This document shows positions 1-9,839 of a stretch of 55,885 nucleotides of DNA, piece by piece. Position numbers and translations under genes: made by a program. Position 1 is the stretch's first letter. Every line of letters begins with the position of its first letter. Origin of the DNA: Acidobacteriota bacterium (GTDB lineage: Bacteria > Acidobacteriota > Thermoanaerobaculia > Multivoradales > JAHEKO01); NCBI GenBank assembly GCA_029263375.1, contig JAJCXP010000139.1, forward strand, positions 1 to 55,885, written 5' to 3'. The notes under the pieces are model-generated. The model ran no database searches and had not been told where the DNA came from. It worked only from the letters and a program-made list of their open reading frames with translations.

Positions 1-192
1 CGCGAGATGGCGGACGAGCTGCGGCGCCGGGCGCCGGATCTCAAGGTGCTCTTCATGTCGGGCTACACCGCCGATGTGATGGTGCGCCACGGACTCACGG
101 ACGAGCGCATCAACTTCCTTCAGAAGCCGTTCTCGGCCAGCCAGCTGGCTCATCAGATCCAGCGAGCGCTCGGGCGGCAGCCCGTCGTCTAG
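1..192 (+). CDS. C-terminal response-regulator receiver domain, probably of a hybrid sensor histidine kinase (5' truncated by window edge)
   Basis: KVLFMSGY...FLQKPFS motifs of the receiver beta4/beta5 region; frame is open from position 1. Confidence 0.8.
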   Translation, partial: REMADELRRRAPDLKVLFMSGYTADVMVRHGLTDERINFLQKPFSASQLAHQIQRALGRQPVV

Positions 193-214
193 CCGGGCGT
201 AGCCCAGGGCGCCG

Positions 215-2317
215 CTACTCGACCCGCAACGCCTCGTAGACCCCATCCGGCTGGTAGAAGATCACTTTGGTCACTCTGCCGGTCTCGTCGCTCTCGAACC
301 CGAGGCTGATGATTCGAGCTTCGGCGAGGACGAACCGGCCGCTCAGGTCGGGCTCGAGGGTGTAGACGGGCTGGCCGGGTACGACAGCGGTGAGCCTGCT
401 GCCGGCGAGCTCGATTCGAACCTTCTGGCCGGGCAGCTCGTACTCGCCGACAAACCTCGCGAGGTACTCCGGATCGGACAGCCGGCGATCGGGCCGGCGC
501 TCGAAGACGATCGGACCGGTGCGCACTTCGAGAGTCGACTCCACGGTCGCGACGTTGCCGTCCAGATCGCTGCCGAACAGGAATTTCGAGTCCTTGAAGC
601 TCGGGTCGCCGTCGGTCTCGGCGCCGTTCCAGACGTCGTAGTGCCAGTGCTCGAGAGGCGCGCGGATGTCGTTGTAGACCAGGTTGAGCGTTTCGCCGTC
701 GAGCTCGACACGGAGAGTGCCGTAGCCCGGGTGTTGGTAGTCACCGGCGTAGTCACCGAGCGAATGAGACGGTGAAGTGCCCTCGACCCGGGTCGCGCCC
801 TTCTTTGCCTCGGCCTCCTCCTGGACCGCCCGCCCGGCCTGAAGCTCGGCCAGAGCCTCGCCTGTCCAGTCGATCGGCTCGAGGCCGAGAATCAGGTCGG
901 CGGCGTGCTGGTTGACGAGCGCCGGCAGACCGGAACCGACGTTGGTGAAGGCGACCAGGCCGAGGTCGTCGTCGGGAAAGAGCATCACCGAGGTGATGAA
1001 TCCGTCGATGCCGCCGCCGTGAGCGACCCGTCGGTGGCCGCGGTAGGTGTCGATGCCCCAGCCGAGCCCGTAGGTGGCCTGCGAGACGTCGGGGCGCTCG
1101 GGTGTCTCGCCGGTGGTCATGTGGGGCGAGTGGATGTCGGCCAGAGTGGTCGGCTGGATCAGCTGGCGATCGCCGAGCTTGCCGGAGCGCAGATTGAGCA
1201 GCAGCCAGCGGCTCATCTCGGTGACGCTCGAGTTGACCGAGCCGGCGGGTCCGATCAGGTCGATGTTGCGGAATGGGATCACGTTCAGATTGCGATCGTC
1301 GTCTTCGCGGTAGGGGAGGGCGTGATCCGGGTCCTGCTGCGATTCGAGCACCGAGAAGTTGGTGCGCGTCATGCCCAGAGGTTCGAAAAGCCGCGCGCGC
1401 ACCGCCGCCTCCCAGGTGCCGCCCGTGAGCTGCCCGGCCAGGAAGCCGGCGGTCATGAAGAGCAGGTTGTTGTACTGGAATTCGGCGCGCAGGTCGGCGG
1501 AGAGCTCGAGATGCCGCAGACGCTCGACGATCTCGGCGCGGGTGGAGCGTTGGTTGTTGTACCAGAGGAAGTCGTGCCGGGGCAGACCGGAGCGGTGGGT
1601 GACCAGGTCGCGCGGTGTGATTCGCGAGCTGATGATCTCATCGGAGAGCGCAAAGCTCGGCAGGTAGGTTCTGACTGGCACGTCCCACTCGAGCGTCCCC
1701 TCGTCGACCAGTGTGCCGAGGACGGTGGCGGTCATCGCCTTGGTGGTCGAGCCGATCGGGAACAGGCTGTCGGCGGTCATCGGCTTGTCGTTCTCGCGGT
1801 CGCGCTTTCCGAACCCCGACGCGAGCACCAACTCGCCGCCGGAGACGATTGCCAGGCCGACGCCCGGTACGTTGAAGTCCGCGATCGCCTTGTTGACGAA
1901 CTGGCCGAAGCCTTCGAGGGTCGTCTTGGCCCGGGTCGCCTGGTCGGCGCCGCGAATCAGGCTGAACTCGAGGTCGGCGCCGCCCTGGGTGAACTGCCCG
2001 GTGATCCCGGAACCGTCCTCGGTCAGAGCGCCGTCGAAGGTCGGGTCACCGGGAATGTCCGGAATGCGGAAGTGGACCGAAACGCCGTCGCTCGTGACGT
2101 CCTCGAGGGCGAGGTCGCGCAGTCCCTGAACCGGAATCGAGATGTCGCCGCTCAGGGCGCCGTCGTTGTCGGTCGAGAGGTCGACGGCGATCTCGAGCGC
2201 GCCCGCCGGTGTGCGGATCTCGCCCTCCCAGTGACCGTCGAAGTCGGCGATCTGGGTGGCGGCGATCTGTGCGAGCAGCAGGAAGCCCGTCAGGGCCAGG
2301 GTGAACCTGGTTCTCAT
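215..2317 (-). CDS. Secreted serine hydrolase, beta-lactamase/AmpC-like family, with C-terminal DUF3471-like domain(s)
   Basis: SxxK (GSTTK), YxN (YNN), HGGG and DLVTHRSGLP motifs; signal peptide MRTRFTLALTGFLLLAQIAA; start set at ATG 2317 with GAAGGAG SD. Confidence 0.85.
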   Translation of the reverse strand: MRTRFTLALTGFLLLAQIAATQIADFDGHWEGEIRTPAGALEIAVDLSTDNDGALSGDISIPVQGLRDLALEDVTSDGVSVHFRIPDIPGDPTFDGALTEDGSGITGQFTQGGADLEFSLIRGADQATRAKTTLEGFGQFVNKAIADFNVPGVGLAIVSGGELVLASGFGKRDRENDKPMTADSLFPIGSTTKAMTATVLGTLVDEGTLEWDVPVRTYLPSFALSDEIISSRITPRDLVTHRSGLPRHDFLWYNNQRSTRAEIVERLRHLELSADLRAEFQYNNLLFMTAGFLAGQLTGGTWEAAVRARLFEPLGMTRTNFSVLESQQDPDHALPYREDDDRNLNVIPFRNIDLIGPAGSVNSSVTEMSRWLLLNLRSGKLGDRQLIQPTTLADIHSPHMTTGETPERPDVSQATYGLGWGIDTYRGHRRVAHGGGIDGFITSVMLFPDDDLGLVAFTNVGSGLPALVNQHAADLILGLEPIDWTGEALAELQAGRAVQEEAEAKKGATRVEGTSPSHSLGDYAGDYQHPGYGTLRVELDGETLNLVYNDIRAPLEHWHYDVWNGAETDGDPSFKDSKFLFGSDLDGNVATVESTLEVRTGPIVFERRPDRRLSDPEYLARFVGEYELPGQKVRIELAGSRLTAVVPGQPVYTLEPDLSGRFVLAEARIISLGFESDETGRVTKVIFYQPDGVYEALRVE

Positions 2318-2499
2318 CGTCTTCTCCTTCTTCTGGCGGCAACTCCTGTTGCCATGGAAGGTACTACGGCCATCTGGCCTGTTGTATTCAGTAGCGCATC
2401 CTAGCGCTAAGGTCCGCACTGCCGTCGGAACTCCGGCGGTTGGAACGGGAGGGCCTCGCGCCTTGCCGCGCCTACCGACTCAGGCGGGCAGGCGTGCCG

Positions 2500-5400
2500 T
2501 TACGCGGTCGCCGCTTGCTCTTCCTGGGCGAGGTCGTCGAGCTCGACCGATACCAGGTTGGAAACGCCACGCTCCTGCATGGTGACGCCGTAGAGGGTCG
2601 AGGCGGCTTCCATGGTGATCTTGTTGTGAGTCACCACGATGAACTGCGTGTGCGCCGAGCGTGTCTTCAGCAGCTCGACGAAGCGCATCGTGTTGACGTC
2701 GTCGAGCGGCGCGTCGACTTCGTCGAGGATGCAGAACGGCGAGGGCTTGGTATGAAACAGCGCGAACAGGAGCGCGATGGCGGTCAGTGCCTTCTCGCCG
2801 CCCGACATCAGCATGATGTTCTGTAGCCGCTTACCCGGCGGGCGGGCGACGATCTCGATGCCGCTTTCGAGCGGATCATCCTCGTCCATGAGTCGCATCT
2901 CAGCGACGCCGCCGCGGAAGAGCTCGGTGAAGGTCTTGCCGAAGTGCTCGTTGACCTCTACGAAGGCGGCCATGAAGCGCTCGCTCGAGGTCAGATTGAT
3001 CTCGCGAATGGTGCGTTGCAGGCTGGCGACCGAGTCGGCGACGTCGGCGCGCTGGGTGGTCAGGAACTCGTGACGCTCGGACTGTTCGTCGAACTCCTGA
3101 GCCGCCAGCAGGTTGACCGGACCGATGCTCTCGAGCTTCGCCCGGCAGCGCTCGAGATCGGTTTCGAGCTCGGTGAGCGGGCGCTCCGGGGCTTCGGGGT
3201 TCTCCGGGAGCTCCTCTTCGAACTCGCTGCGGAAGGACGCTGCCAGGTGCTCGACCTCCTGCACCACGGTAGCCTGGTCGACGCGCAGCTCGGAGAGTCC
3301 CGCTCGGGCCTGGTCACGGGCCTCGCGCGACGCCTCGATGCGCTGCTCCATGAGCTTGAGGGCGGCGCGCTTGTCGTCGACCGCCTGCTGCTCGTCGAGG
3401 ATCTCGTCCAGTAGCTTCTGGCGCTGCTCGAGGGCCTCCTGAAGCTCGGTCTCGGCGCTGTCCATCGCTGCGCCGAGCTCCTTCTTCCGGTTGAGCAGCC
3501 GCTCGGACTCGTCCTGCCAGAGCGCGATCTGCTTCGTGCCGTCGGCGATCTCGGTCTCGATGCGGGTCGACTCAGCGCGCTGAGCGTCGAGTCTGGCCTC
3601 GATGACCTCGAGCCGGCCGCGGCGATCGGCGCCCGAGGTGCGAGCTGTCTCGCGCTCGGCGCGCGCCAGGTCGACGCTGCGCTGCGCCTCGTCAAAAGCC
3701 TTTTCGAGGGCGACGTGGGCCTGCTCGGTAGCTGTCAGCTCGGCGGCCAGGCGCTCGGCCCGGCCCGATATCAGGCCCAGCTCGCTCTCGACCTCAGTCT
3801 GCTCGTTGACCAGAGTCTCGTGCTCGACCTCGAGCCGGTGCAGACGGGCCTGGGCGTCTTCCTGGCGGGCGATCGCGATCCCAAGCTCCTGGCGAACCTC
3901 GGCGAGTCGGACGCTCTCGCCTTCGAGCTGCTCGCGCAGGGCGGTGAGCCCCTCGACGATCTCAACCTGCAACGCTCGGGTCTCGGAGAGCTCCTGCTCG
4001 AGTGGCGGAACCTGCTCGCGCAGCCGCGTGAGCTCCTGCTCGCGGGCAAGCGCACCGGGGCTAGCCTCCCGTCCCTGGACGTGAACCAGACCCGACTGCG
4101 CCCAGATGCGGTCCTTCGAGATGAACGCGGTTCCCGGATGCCGGACCGCGAGGCGCTCGGCGTCCGCTGCGCTGTCCACCAGGTACGCCGGCGGCAGCGC
4201 TCCCGCCAGCTCCGAGGGCAGGCCGACCGCCGTGCCCAACGAGCTGCGCACAGCAGGGTCGGAGATCTCGTCCGCTCGCTCGACGCCGGTCGAGGAGGCG
4301 CCCAGCAGCCGGAAGGTCCCGCGGCTGGCGGCGAGGGTCTGGGCGACTCCGAGGCCGCTCTCGCCCGGGGGCAGGATCACGGCGTCGGCGAGCTCCCCGA
4401 GATACAGATCGAGGCTCTGCTCCCATCCCGCCGGAACCTTCAGACTTTCGGCGAGAAAGGTGAGCGACTCGATGCCGCTCTCACCGAGCGCCTGTTCGAC
4501 TTCGCGGCGCCGCGCGGCCTGGGCGCGGGCCAGCTCCTCGAGCAGCTCGGCGCGGCGCTCGAGCTCCTCGACCTGCGACTCCAGGCGCTCGTTGCGCTCG
4601 GTGACCTCGGCCTCACGGGCCATGGTCTCGTCGCGCTGGCTCTCGACCTTCTCGATGCCCTCGGCGAGCTCGGTCTCGCGCTGGCGCAGCTCTTCGACCT
4701 TCTCGGCGACGCTGTGCGCCTCCCTGCCGGCCGTTTCGAGGTCGGCGCTCTTCTTGGTCAGCTCGTCGCGGAGGTGGCGTTGTCGGAGCTGTCCTTTCTC
4801 GTGCTCGAGCTGCTCCTGATGGAGCCGGTTCCGGGTGCCGCTCACCTCGCCGACCGAGGTCAGGAGCCGCCCGCGATAGGACTCGAGGATCTCCTCCGCT
4901 TCGGCGACCGAGTGTTGCACCGCGTTGATCTGTTGGTCGTTCTCGTCGACGACCGTGGCGGCGCCGTCGCGCTCCTCGGTGAGCTCCGCCAGCCGGCTGC
5001 CGAGCCCGATCAAGCGCTCACCGAGCTCCACGATCAGTTTCTGCTTTGCCTCGCTCTGGGCGCTGCCGCCGCCGATGCGCTCGCCGAGCTCGTCGATGCG
5101 ATGTCGCGCGCCTTTCAGGAACTCCTGCTTGCCCTCGATCTTGGCGGCCAACTCGGAGTCGGATCGGTGCAGCTCGGCGAGCTGCTGCGCCAGGCGCTCG
5201 AGCTCTTCACGACCGGTGGCGAGGTCGGCCTCCTCGGAGTGCAGGGCGGCGTTGAGCTTGCTCTCCTTGGCGACCTCGCGTTCGATCGCGGCGCGCGCCG
5301 ACTCTCGACGGGCGGCGAGGTCGATCCAGCGACCCATCAGCGCCTGACGAAGCAGCTCCAGATACTCGGCCTTCCTTTCCTGCAGCCGCTTGGCCGCGCT

Positions 5401-6030
5401 CGCCTGGCGCTTCAGTGAGCGCAGCCCGCGCTCGACCTCGGAGATGATGTCGTCGAGGCGCGAAAGGTTGTCGCGCGCCTCCTCGAGCTTCATCTCGGCG
5501 ATACGCCGCCGCTCCTTGTAGCGGGTGACGCCGGCCGCCTCTTCGATCAGCCGGCGGCGCTCCTGCGGCTTGCCGGAGAGGATCAGACCTATCTTGCCCT
5601 GCTCGATCACGGAATAGGCGCGAATCCCGAGCCCGGTGTCCATCAGCGTGTCGCGGACGTCTTTGAGCCGCGAGCGCTTGCCGTTGATCAGGTACTGACT
5701 CTGGCCGTCACGGTAGAGCCGTCGACCGATGGTCAGGCGGTGGTTGTCGGCGCCCTCGAACTCGTCGTCGGCGGAGAAGGTGAGCTGGACCTCGGCCATT
5801 CCCAGCTTCTTGCGGTTCGCCGAGCCGGCGAAGATGACGTCCTCCATGGTGTCGCCACGCAAAGTCTTGGCGCTGCGCTCACCGAGCACCCAGACCACCG
5901 CGTCGGCGAGGTTGCTCTTGCCGCAGCCGTTGGGACCGACGTTGGAGGTCATCCGGCCCGCGAAGTCGAGCCCACGGGGGTCGACGAACGACTTGAAGCC
6001 GGACAGTTCGAGGCGTTCTAGCTTGAGCAT
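2500..6030 (-). CDS. smc: Chromosome segregation protein SMC
   Basis: GFKSF, Walker A GPNGCGKSN, Q-loop VIEQG, long coiled coils, signature MSGGEKAL, Walker B ILDEVDAPLD; 1176 aa. Confidence 0.96.
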   Translation of the reverse strand: MLKLERLELSGFKSFVDPRGLDFAGRMTSNVGPNGCGKSNLADAVVWVLGERSAKTLRGDTMEDVIFAGSANRKKLGMAEVQLTFSADDEFEGADNHRLTIGRRLYRDGQSQYLINGKRSRLKDVRDTLMDTGLGIRAYSVIEQGKIGLILSGKPQERRRLIEEAAGVTRYKERRRIAEMKLEEARDNLSRLDDIISEVERGLRSLKRQASAAKRLQERKAEYLELLRQALMGRWIDLAARRESARAAIEREVAKESKLNAALHSEEADLATGREELERLAQQLAELHRSDSELAAKIEGKQEFLKGARHRIDELGERIGGGSAQSEAKQKLIVELGERLIGLGSRLAELTEERDGAATVVDENDQQINAVQHSVAEAEEILESYRGRLLTSVGEVSGTRNRLHQEQLEHEKGQLRQRHLRDELTKKSADLETAGREAHSVAEKVEELRQRETELAEGIEKVESQRDETMAREAEVTERNERLESQVEELERRAELLEELARAQAARRREVEQALGESGIESLTFLAESLKVPAGWEQSLDLYLGELADAVILPPGESGLGVAQTLAASRGTFRLLGASSTGVERADEISDPAVRSSLGTAVGLPSELAGALPPAYLVDSAADAERLAVRHPGTAFISKDRIWAQSGLVHVQGREASPGALAREQELTRLREQVPPLEQELSETRALQVEIVEGLTALREQLEGESVRLAEVRQELGIAIARQEDAQARLHRLEVEHETLVNEQTEVESELGLISGRAERLAAELTATEQAHVALEKAFDEAQRSVDLARAERETARTSGADRRGRLEVIEARLDAQRAESTRIETEIADGTKQIALWQDESERLLNRKKELGAAMDSAETELQEALEQRQKLLDEILDEQQAVDDKRAALKLMEQRIEASREARDQARAGLSELRVDQATVVQEVEHLAASFRSEFEEELPENPEAPERPLTELETDLERCRAKLESIGPVNLLAAQEFDEQSERHEFLTTQRADVADSVASLQRTIREINLTSSERFMAAFVEVNEHFGKTFTELFRGGVAEMRLMDEDDPLESGIEIVARPPGKRLQNIMLMSGGEKALTAIALLFALFHTKPSPFCILDEVDAPLDDVNTMRFVELLKTRSAHTQFIVVTHNKITMEAASTLYGVTMQERGVSNLVSVELDDLAQEEQAATA

Positions 6031-6059
6031 GAGTGGGGCGCTCGGTTACGGACGGCGAG

Positions 6060-6089
6060 AGAGTAGCAAACAGTTGGCGGCGGCCACAA
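6060..6089 (-). promoter_or_regulatory. Candidate smc promoter (TTGTGG-N18-TACTCT, with extended TG)
   Basis: Minus strand TGcTACTCT (hexamer 6065-6060); -35-like TTGTGG at 6089-6084. Confidence 0.35.
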
Positions 6090-6130
6090 GGCGTTGGGGT
6101 AACTCTCCTCGGGACCGCCAGATGTGGTGC
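6084..6130. promoter_or_regulatory. Tandem NrdR-box-like operators
   Basis: 16-mers ccaCaAggcgTtGggg (6084-6099) and ccgCcAgATgTgGtgc (6115-6130), 31 bp start-to-start; compare consensus acaCwAtATaTwGtgt. Confidence 0.5.
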
Positions 6131-6139
6131 CCCTCTAGT

Positions 6140-6168
6140 TTGACACGAACCAGGGTCCAGCATACGAT
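6140..6168 (+). promoter_or_regulatory. Sigma-70 promoter of pyrR operon
   Basis: TTGACA-N17-TACGAT, 28 nt upstream of the pyrR start. Confidence 0.75.
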
Positions 6169-6196
6169 TTCGCGGCCCCAAGGGGGGGGTCGCGCC

Positions 6197-6754
6197 TTGT
6201 CGCCGGAAGTGCACCTCAAGCGAACCATTCTCGAAAGCAAGCAGATCTCGCGGATCATCCGTCGCATGGCGGTCGAGATCCTCGAGCGCGAGGGCAGTGG
6301 GAAGGATCTCATGCTGGTCGGAATCCGGACTCGCGGTGTGCCTCTCGCTGAGGCGCTGGCGGCCGAGATCCTGAAGATCGAGGAGGTCGAAGTGCCGGTG
6401 GGGGTGCTCGACATAACGCTCTACCGCGACGACCTCTCGACCATCGCTCCCCAACCCGTGGTCAAGGAGACCCATTTCCCGACCACGCTCTCCGATCGCT
6501 GCCTGGTGCTGTGCGACGACGTGCTCTACACCGGGCGCACGATCCGCGCCGCGATGGACGCGGTGATCGATTTCGGCCGGCCACGCGTCATTCGGTTGGC
6601 GGTGCTGATCGATCGCGGACATCGCGAGCTGCCGATTCACGCCGACATTGTCGGCAAGACGCTCCAGACGCAGGCGAACGAGGTCGTCGACGTTCACTTC
6701 ACCGAGACCGACGGCGAGAGCAAGGTCCTCCTGCTGGAGAAGAGCGGAGGATGA
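6197..6754 (+). CDS. pyrR: Bifunctional pyrimidine regulatory protein PyrR / uracil phosphoribosyltransferase
   Basis: [41 protein letters not shown] motifs; TTG start (GTG 6209 alternative). Confidence 0.95.
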   Translation: MSPEVHLKRTILESKQISRIIRRMAVEILEREGSGKDLMLVGIRTRGVPLAEALAAEILKIEEVEVPVGVLDITLYRDDLSTIAPQPVVKETHFPTTLSDRCLVLCDDVLYTGRTIRAAMDAVIDFGRPRVIRLAVLIDRGHRELPIHADIVGKTLQTQANEVVDVHFTETDGESKVLLLEKSGG

Positions 6755-7692
6755 CCGAGCTCAGCTGGACGAGGAAGGATCTGCTGGGTATCGCGGATCT
6801 GTCGGCCGCCGAGATCCAACTGCTGCTCGACACCGCGGAATCGTTTCGCGAGGTTTCGCTCCGGCCGATCAAGAAGGTGCCGACGCTGCGCGGTCGGACG
6901 GTCGTCAACCTGTTCTTCGAGCCGTCGACGCGCACCCGCTCGAGCTTCGAGATCGCGGAGAAGCGACTCTCGGCCGATTCGCTGAACTTCTCGTCGGCCA
7001 CCTCCGGATTGGTCAAGGGGGAGAGCCTGGTCGATACCGCGCTCAACCTGCAGGCCATGTCGCCCGACCTGATCGTGATCCGGCACGGACACCCGGGGGT
7101 GCCGCACATGCTGGCCAAGCGGGTCGCGGCGGGCGTGATCAACGCCGGCGACGGCGCCCATGAGCATCCGACCCAGGCTCTGCTCGACGCCTTCACCATC
7201 CGTCAGCACAAGGGCGGCTTCGAAGGGCTCAAGGTCTCGATCGTCGGCGACATCGAGCACAGCCGCGTGGTCCGTTCGAACGTTCTGCTGCTCCACAAGC
7301 TCGGCGCCGAAGTGACGGTGGCCGGACCGCGCACGATGATGCCGGTGGGGGTCGAGGCGCTTGGGGCGCGCGCGGTCTATTCGCTCCGGGAGGCGCTCGA
7401 GGGCGCCGATGTGGTCATGATGCTGCGGGTTCAGCTCGAGCGCCAGAGTCAGGCGGCGTTCCCATCGGCGCGTGAGTACTTCGAGCTCTTCGGGTTGACT
7501 CAGGCGCGACTCAAGGCGGCCAAGCGCGACGTGATCCTGATGCACCCGGGGCCGATGAATCGCGGCATCGAGATCGCGAGCGACGTGGCTGACGGCCGCT
7601 ACTCGGTGATCCTCGAGCAGGTCGCAAACGGCGTGGCTGTGCGCATGGCTGTCCTCTATCTTCTGTCAGGCGTGCACCGGGAGGCCGAGTAG
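6751..7692 (+). CDS. pyrB: Aspartate carbamoyltransferase catalytic subunit
   Basis: [33 protein letters not shown]; ATGA overlap with pyrR. Confidence 0.97.
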   Translation: MTELSWTRKDLLGIADLSAAEIQLLLDTAESFREVSLRPIKKVPTLRGRTVVNLFFEPSTRTRSSFEIAEKRLSADSLNFSSATSGLVKGESLVDTALNLQAMSPDLIVIRHGHPGVPHMLAKRVAAGVINAGDGAHEHPTQALLDAFTIRQHKGGFEGLKVSIVGDIEHSRVVRSNVLLLHKLGAEVTVAGPRTMMPVGVEALGARAVYSLREALEGADVVMMLRVQLERQSQAAFPSAREYFELFGLTQARLKAAKRDVILMHPGPMNRGIEIASDVADGRYSVILEQVANGVAVRMAVLYLLSGVHREAE

Positions 7693-8978
7693 TGGAGCGA
7701 TTGCTGATTCAAGGCGGGCGTCTGGTCGATCCCGGACAGGGAGTCGACGATCGGCTCGACATTCTGATCGAGGACGGCCGGGTCGAACGGATCGGCAAAG
7801 GACTCAAGGCGGGTCGCGGCGGCGAGACGGTCGAGGCCGAAGGGCTGATCGTAGCGCCCGGGCTGATCGACATGCACGTCCACCTGCGCGAGCCGGGACA
7901 GGAGTACAAGGAGACCATCGAGAGCGGCACCCGGGCCGCGGCGGCGGGCGGGTTCACCGCGGTCGCCTGCATGCCCAACACCCAGCCGCCCAACGACAGT
8001 CGCCCGGTCACCGAAGCCATCCTCAAAGAGGCGAACCGTCACGGTTATGCGCGGGTCTATCCGATCGGCGCGATCAGCAAGGGGCAGAAGGGTGAGCGGT
8101 TGGCCGAGGTCGGCGAGATGGTTCGCGCAGGCGTGGTGGCGATCTCGGACGACGGCTGGCCGGTGATGAGCCCCGAGCTGATGCGCAGCGCGCTGCTCTA
8201 CGCCCAGCACTTCGGGGTGCCCGTGATCCAGCATGCCGAGGATCTCGGCCTGGGCGCGGACGGCGTGATGCACGAGGGGGAATGGTCGGCGCGGCTCGGG
8301 CTGCCGGGGCTCCCAGGAGCGGCCGAGGACCTGATGGTGGCGCGCGACATTCTGCTGCTCGAACAGACCGGTGGCAGATACCACGTGGCCCATCTCTCGA
8401 CCGCCCGCAGCCTGGAGCTGGTGCGCGAAGGCAAGAGCCGCGACCTGGGACTGACCTGTGAGGTCACGCCGCATCATCTGTTGTTGACGGACCGCGAGGT
8501 CGCCGACAGCGACTTTTCGACCCAGACCAAGATGAAGCCGCCGCTGCGCAGTGAGTCCGACCGCCTGGCGCTGATCGCGGGCCTCCAGGACGGCACCGTG
8601 GACGCGATCGCCAGCGATCACGCGCCGCATCACGCCGACGAGAAAGATGTCGAGTTCAGCGCGGCGCCGTTCGGCATCGTCGGACTCGAGACCACGCTCG
8701 CGCTCGGGCTCGACCGGCTGGTCCGTGCCGACCTGGTGAGCCTCTACCGGCTGGTGGAGCTGCTGTCGACCGGTCCGGCGCGCGCGCTCGGGATCGAGGG
8801 CGGGCGGCTGGCGCCGGGCGACGTGGCCGACGTGACGCTGTTCGACACCGAACCCCGGCGCATGGTCAGCCCGAAGCGCTTTCAGAGCCGCAGCCGGAAC
8901 ACGCCGTTCCTCGGTTGGCGACTGCGCGGCCGCCCCGTAGCGACCTTCCTGGCCGGCCGGCGGGTTGAGCTCTCGTGA
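7692..8978 (+). CDS. pyrC: Dihydroorotase
   Basis: DMHVHLREPG, EVTPHHL, KMKPPLR, ASDHAPH motifs; follows pyrB. Confidence 0.95.
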   Translation: MERLLIQGGRLVDPGQGVDDRLDILIEDGRVERIGKGLKAGRGGETVEAEGLIVAPGLIDMHVHLREPGQEYKETIESGTRAAAAGGFTAVACMPNTQPPNDSRPVTEAILKEANRHGYARVYPIGAISKGQKGERLAEVGEMVRAGVVAISDDGWPVMSPELMRSALLYAQHFGVPVIQHAEDLGLGADGVMHEGEWSARLGLPGLPGAAEDLMVARDILLLEQTGGRYHVAHLSTARSLELVREGKSRDLGLTCEVTPHHLLLTDREVADSDFSTQTKMKPPLRSESDRLALIAGLQDGTVDAIASDHAPHHADEKDVEFSAAPFGIVGLETTLALGLDRLVRADLVSLYRLVELLSTGPARALGIEGGRLAPGDVADVTLFDTEPRRMVSPKRFQSRSRNTPFLGWRLRGRPVATFLAGRRVELS

Positions 8979-9826
8979 GCGACTCCGGGAAGCTCCTGGC
9001 GGTGGCCGAAGCGGCAGCCCGCGCCGGTAGCCGGGAGCTCCAGAAGCGCTACCGGGACCCGACGCTGGTGGCCGAGCTCAAGGCCGAGTTCGACTACGTC
9101 TCCGACGCCGACCGGGCCAGCGAAGCTGCGATCATGGAGCTCGTGCGCCGGGACTTTCCGGACCACGACTTCCTGGCCGAGGAATCCGGCCGCAGCTCGC
9201 CGTCCGGAAGCGAGTATCAATGGGTCATCGATCCGCTCGACGGCACCACGAACTTTCTCCAGGGACTACCGGTGTTCGCGGTCTCGATCGCATGCCTGCG
9301 CGCCGGCCGCACCGAAATCGGCGTGGTTCTGGATCCGCTGCGCGACAACCTGTATTCCGCGGTGCGCGGTGGCGGCGCCTTCCTGAACGGCCGACCGATG
9401 CACGTCTCGGAGCGTGCCGACGTCGGCGGGGCGTTCGTCGCGACCGGCTATCCCTTCCGCGCGCGACCGGCGCTCGACGTCTATCTGGAGGTGTTCCGCG
9501 ACGTGTTTCTGCGGGCACGTGGGCTGAGGCGCTGCGGCGCCGCGGCTCTCGACCTGGCGTTCACGGCGTGCGGCACGTTCGACGGCTTTTTCGAATTCCG
9601 GCTGGCACCGTGGGACATCGCCGCGGGAGCCCTGCTGATCGAGGAGGCGGGAGGTCGAGTGACCGACCTGGATGGGGGAGACGGCTATCTGGAAAGCGGA
9701 AATGTGGTCGCGGGCGCGCCGGGTGTGCACGCGGAGCTGCTCGCGCTGTTGGGAAGGCACACGTCGGAGAGCCGGATGGACGATCTTGTGCCGATCGCCA
9801 CAGGCCAACCGACCGGCGCGTGCTAG
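8975..9826 (+). CDS. suhB: Inositol monophosphatase family protein
   Basis: AEES, WVIDPLDGTTNF, RRCGAAALDL, PWDIAAG motifs. Confidence 0.9.
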   Translation: MSDSGKLLAVAEAAARAGSRELQKRYRDPTLVAELKAEFDYVSDADRASEAAIMELVRRDFPDHDFLAEESGRSSPSGSEYQWVIDPLDGTTNFLQGLPVFAVSIACLRAGRTEIGVVLDPLRDNLYSAVRGGGAFLNGRPMHVSERADVGGAFVATGYPFRARPALDVYLEVFRDVFLRARGLRRCGAAALDLAFTACGTFDGFFEFRLAPWDIAAGALLIEEAGGRVTDLDGGDGYLESGNVVAGAPGVHAELLALLGRHTSESRMDDLVPIATGQPTGAC

Positions 9827-9839
9827 CCTGAATTCGGCC

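Noticed and set aside
215-2317. Serine hydrolase as an antibiotic-resistance beta-lactamase
   Set aside because: The HGG triad and multi-domain DUF3471-type architecture fit peptidase/esterase members of the family, not class C beta-lactamases (KTG).
4060-4480. SMC hinge lacks the GX6GX3GG motif
   Set aside because: Degenerate hinge glycines occur in other bacterial SMCs; the length and head motifs are normal.
5935-5985. Odd residues before the SMC Walker A (DPRGLDF, TSNVGPNG versus usual TAIVGPNG)
   Set aside because: Explicable by single substitutions or compensating homopolymer errors; more likely local sequence quality than biology. Needs a read check.
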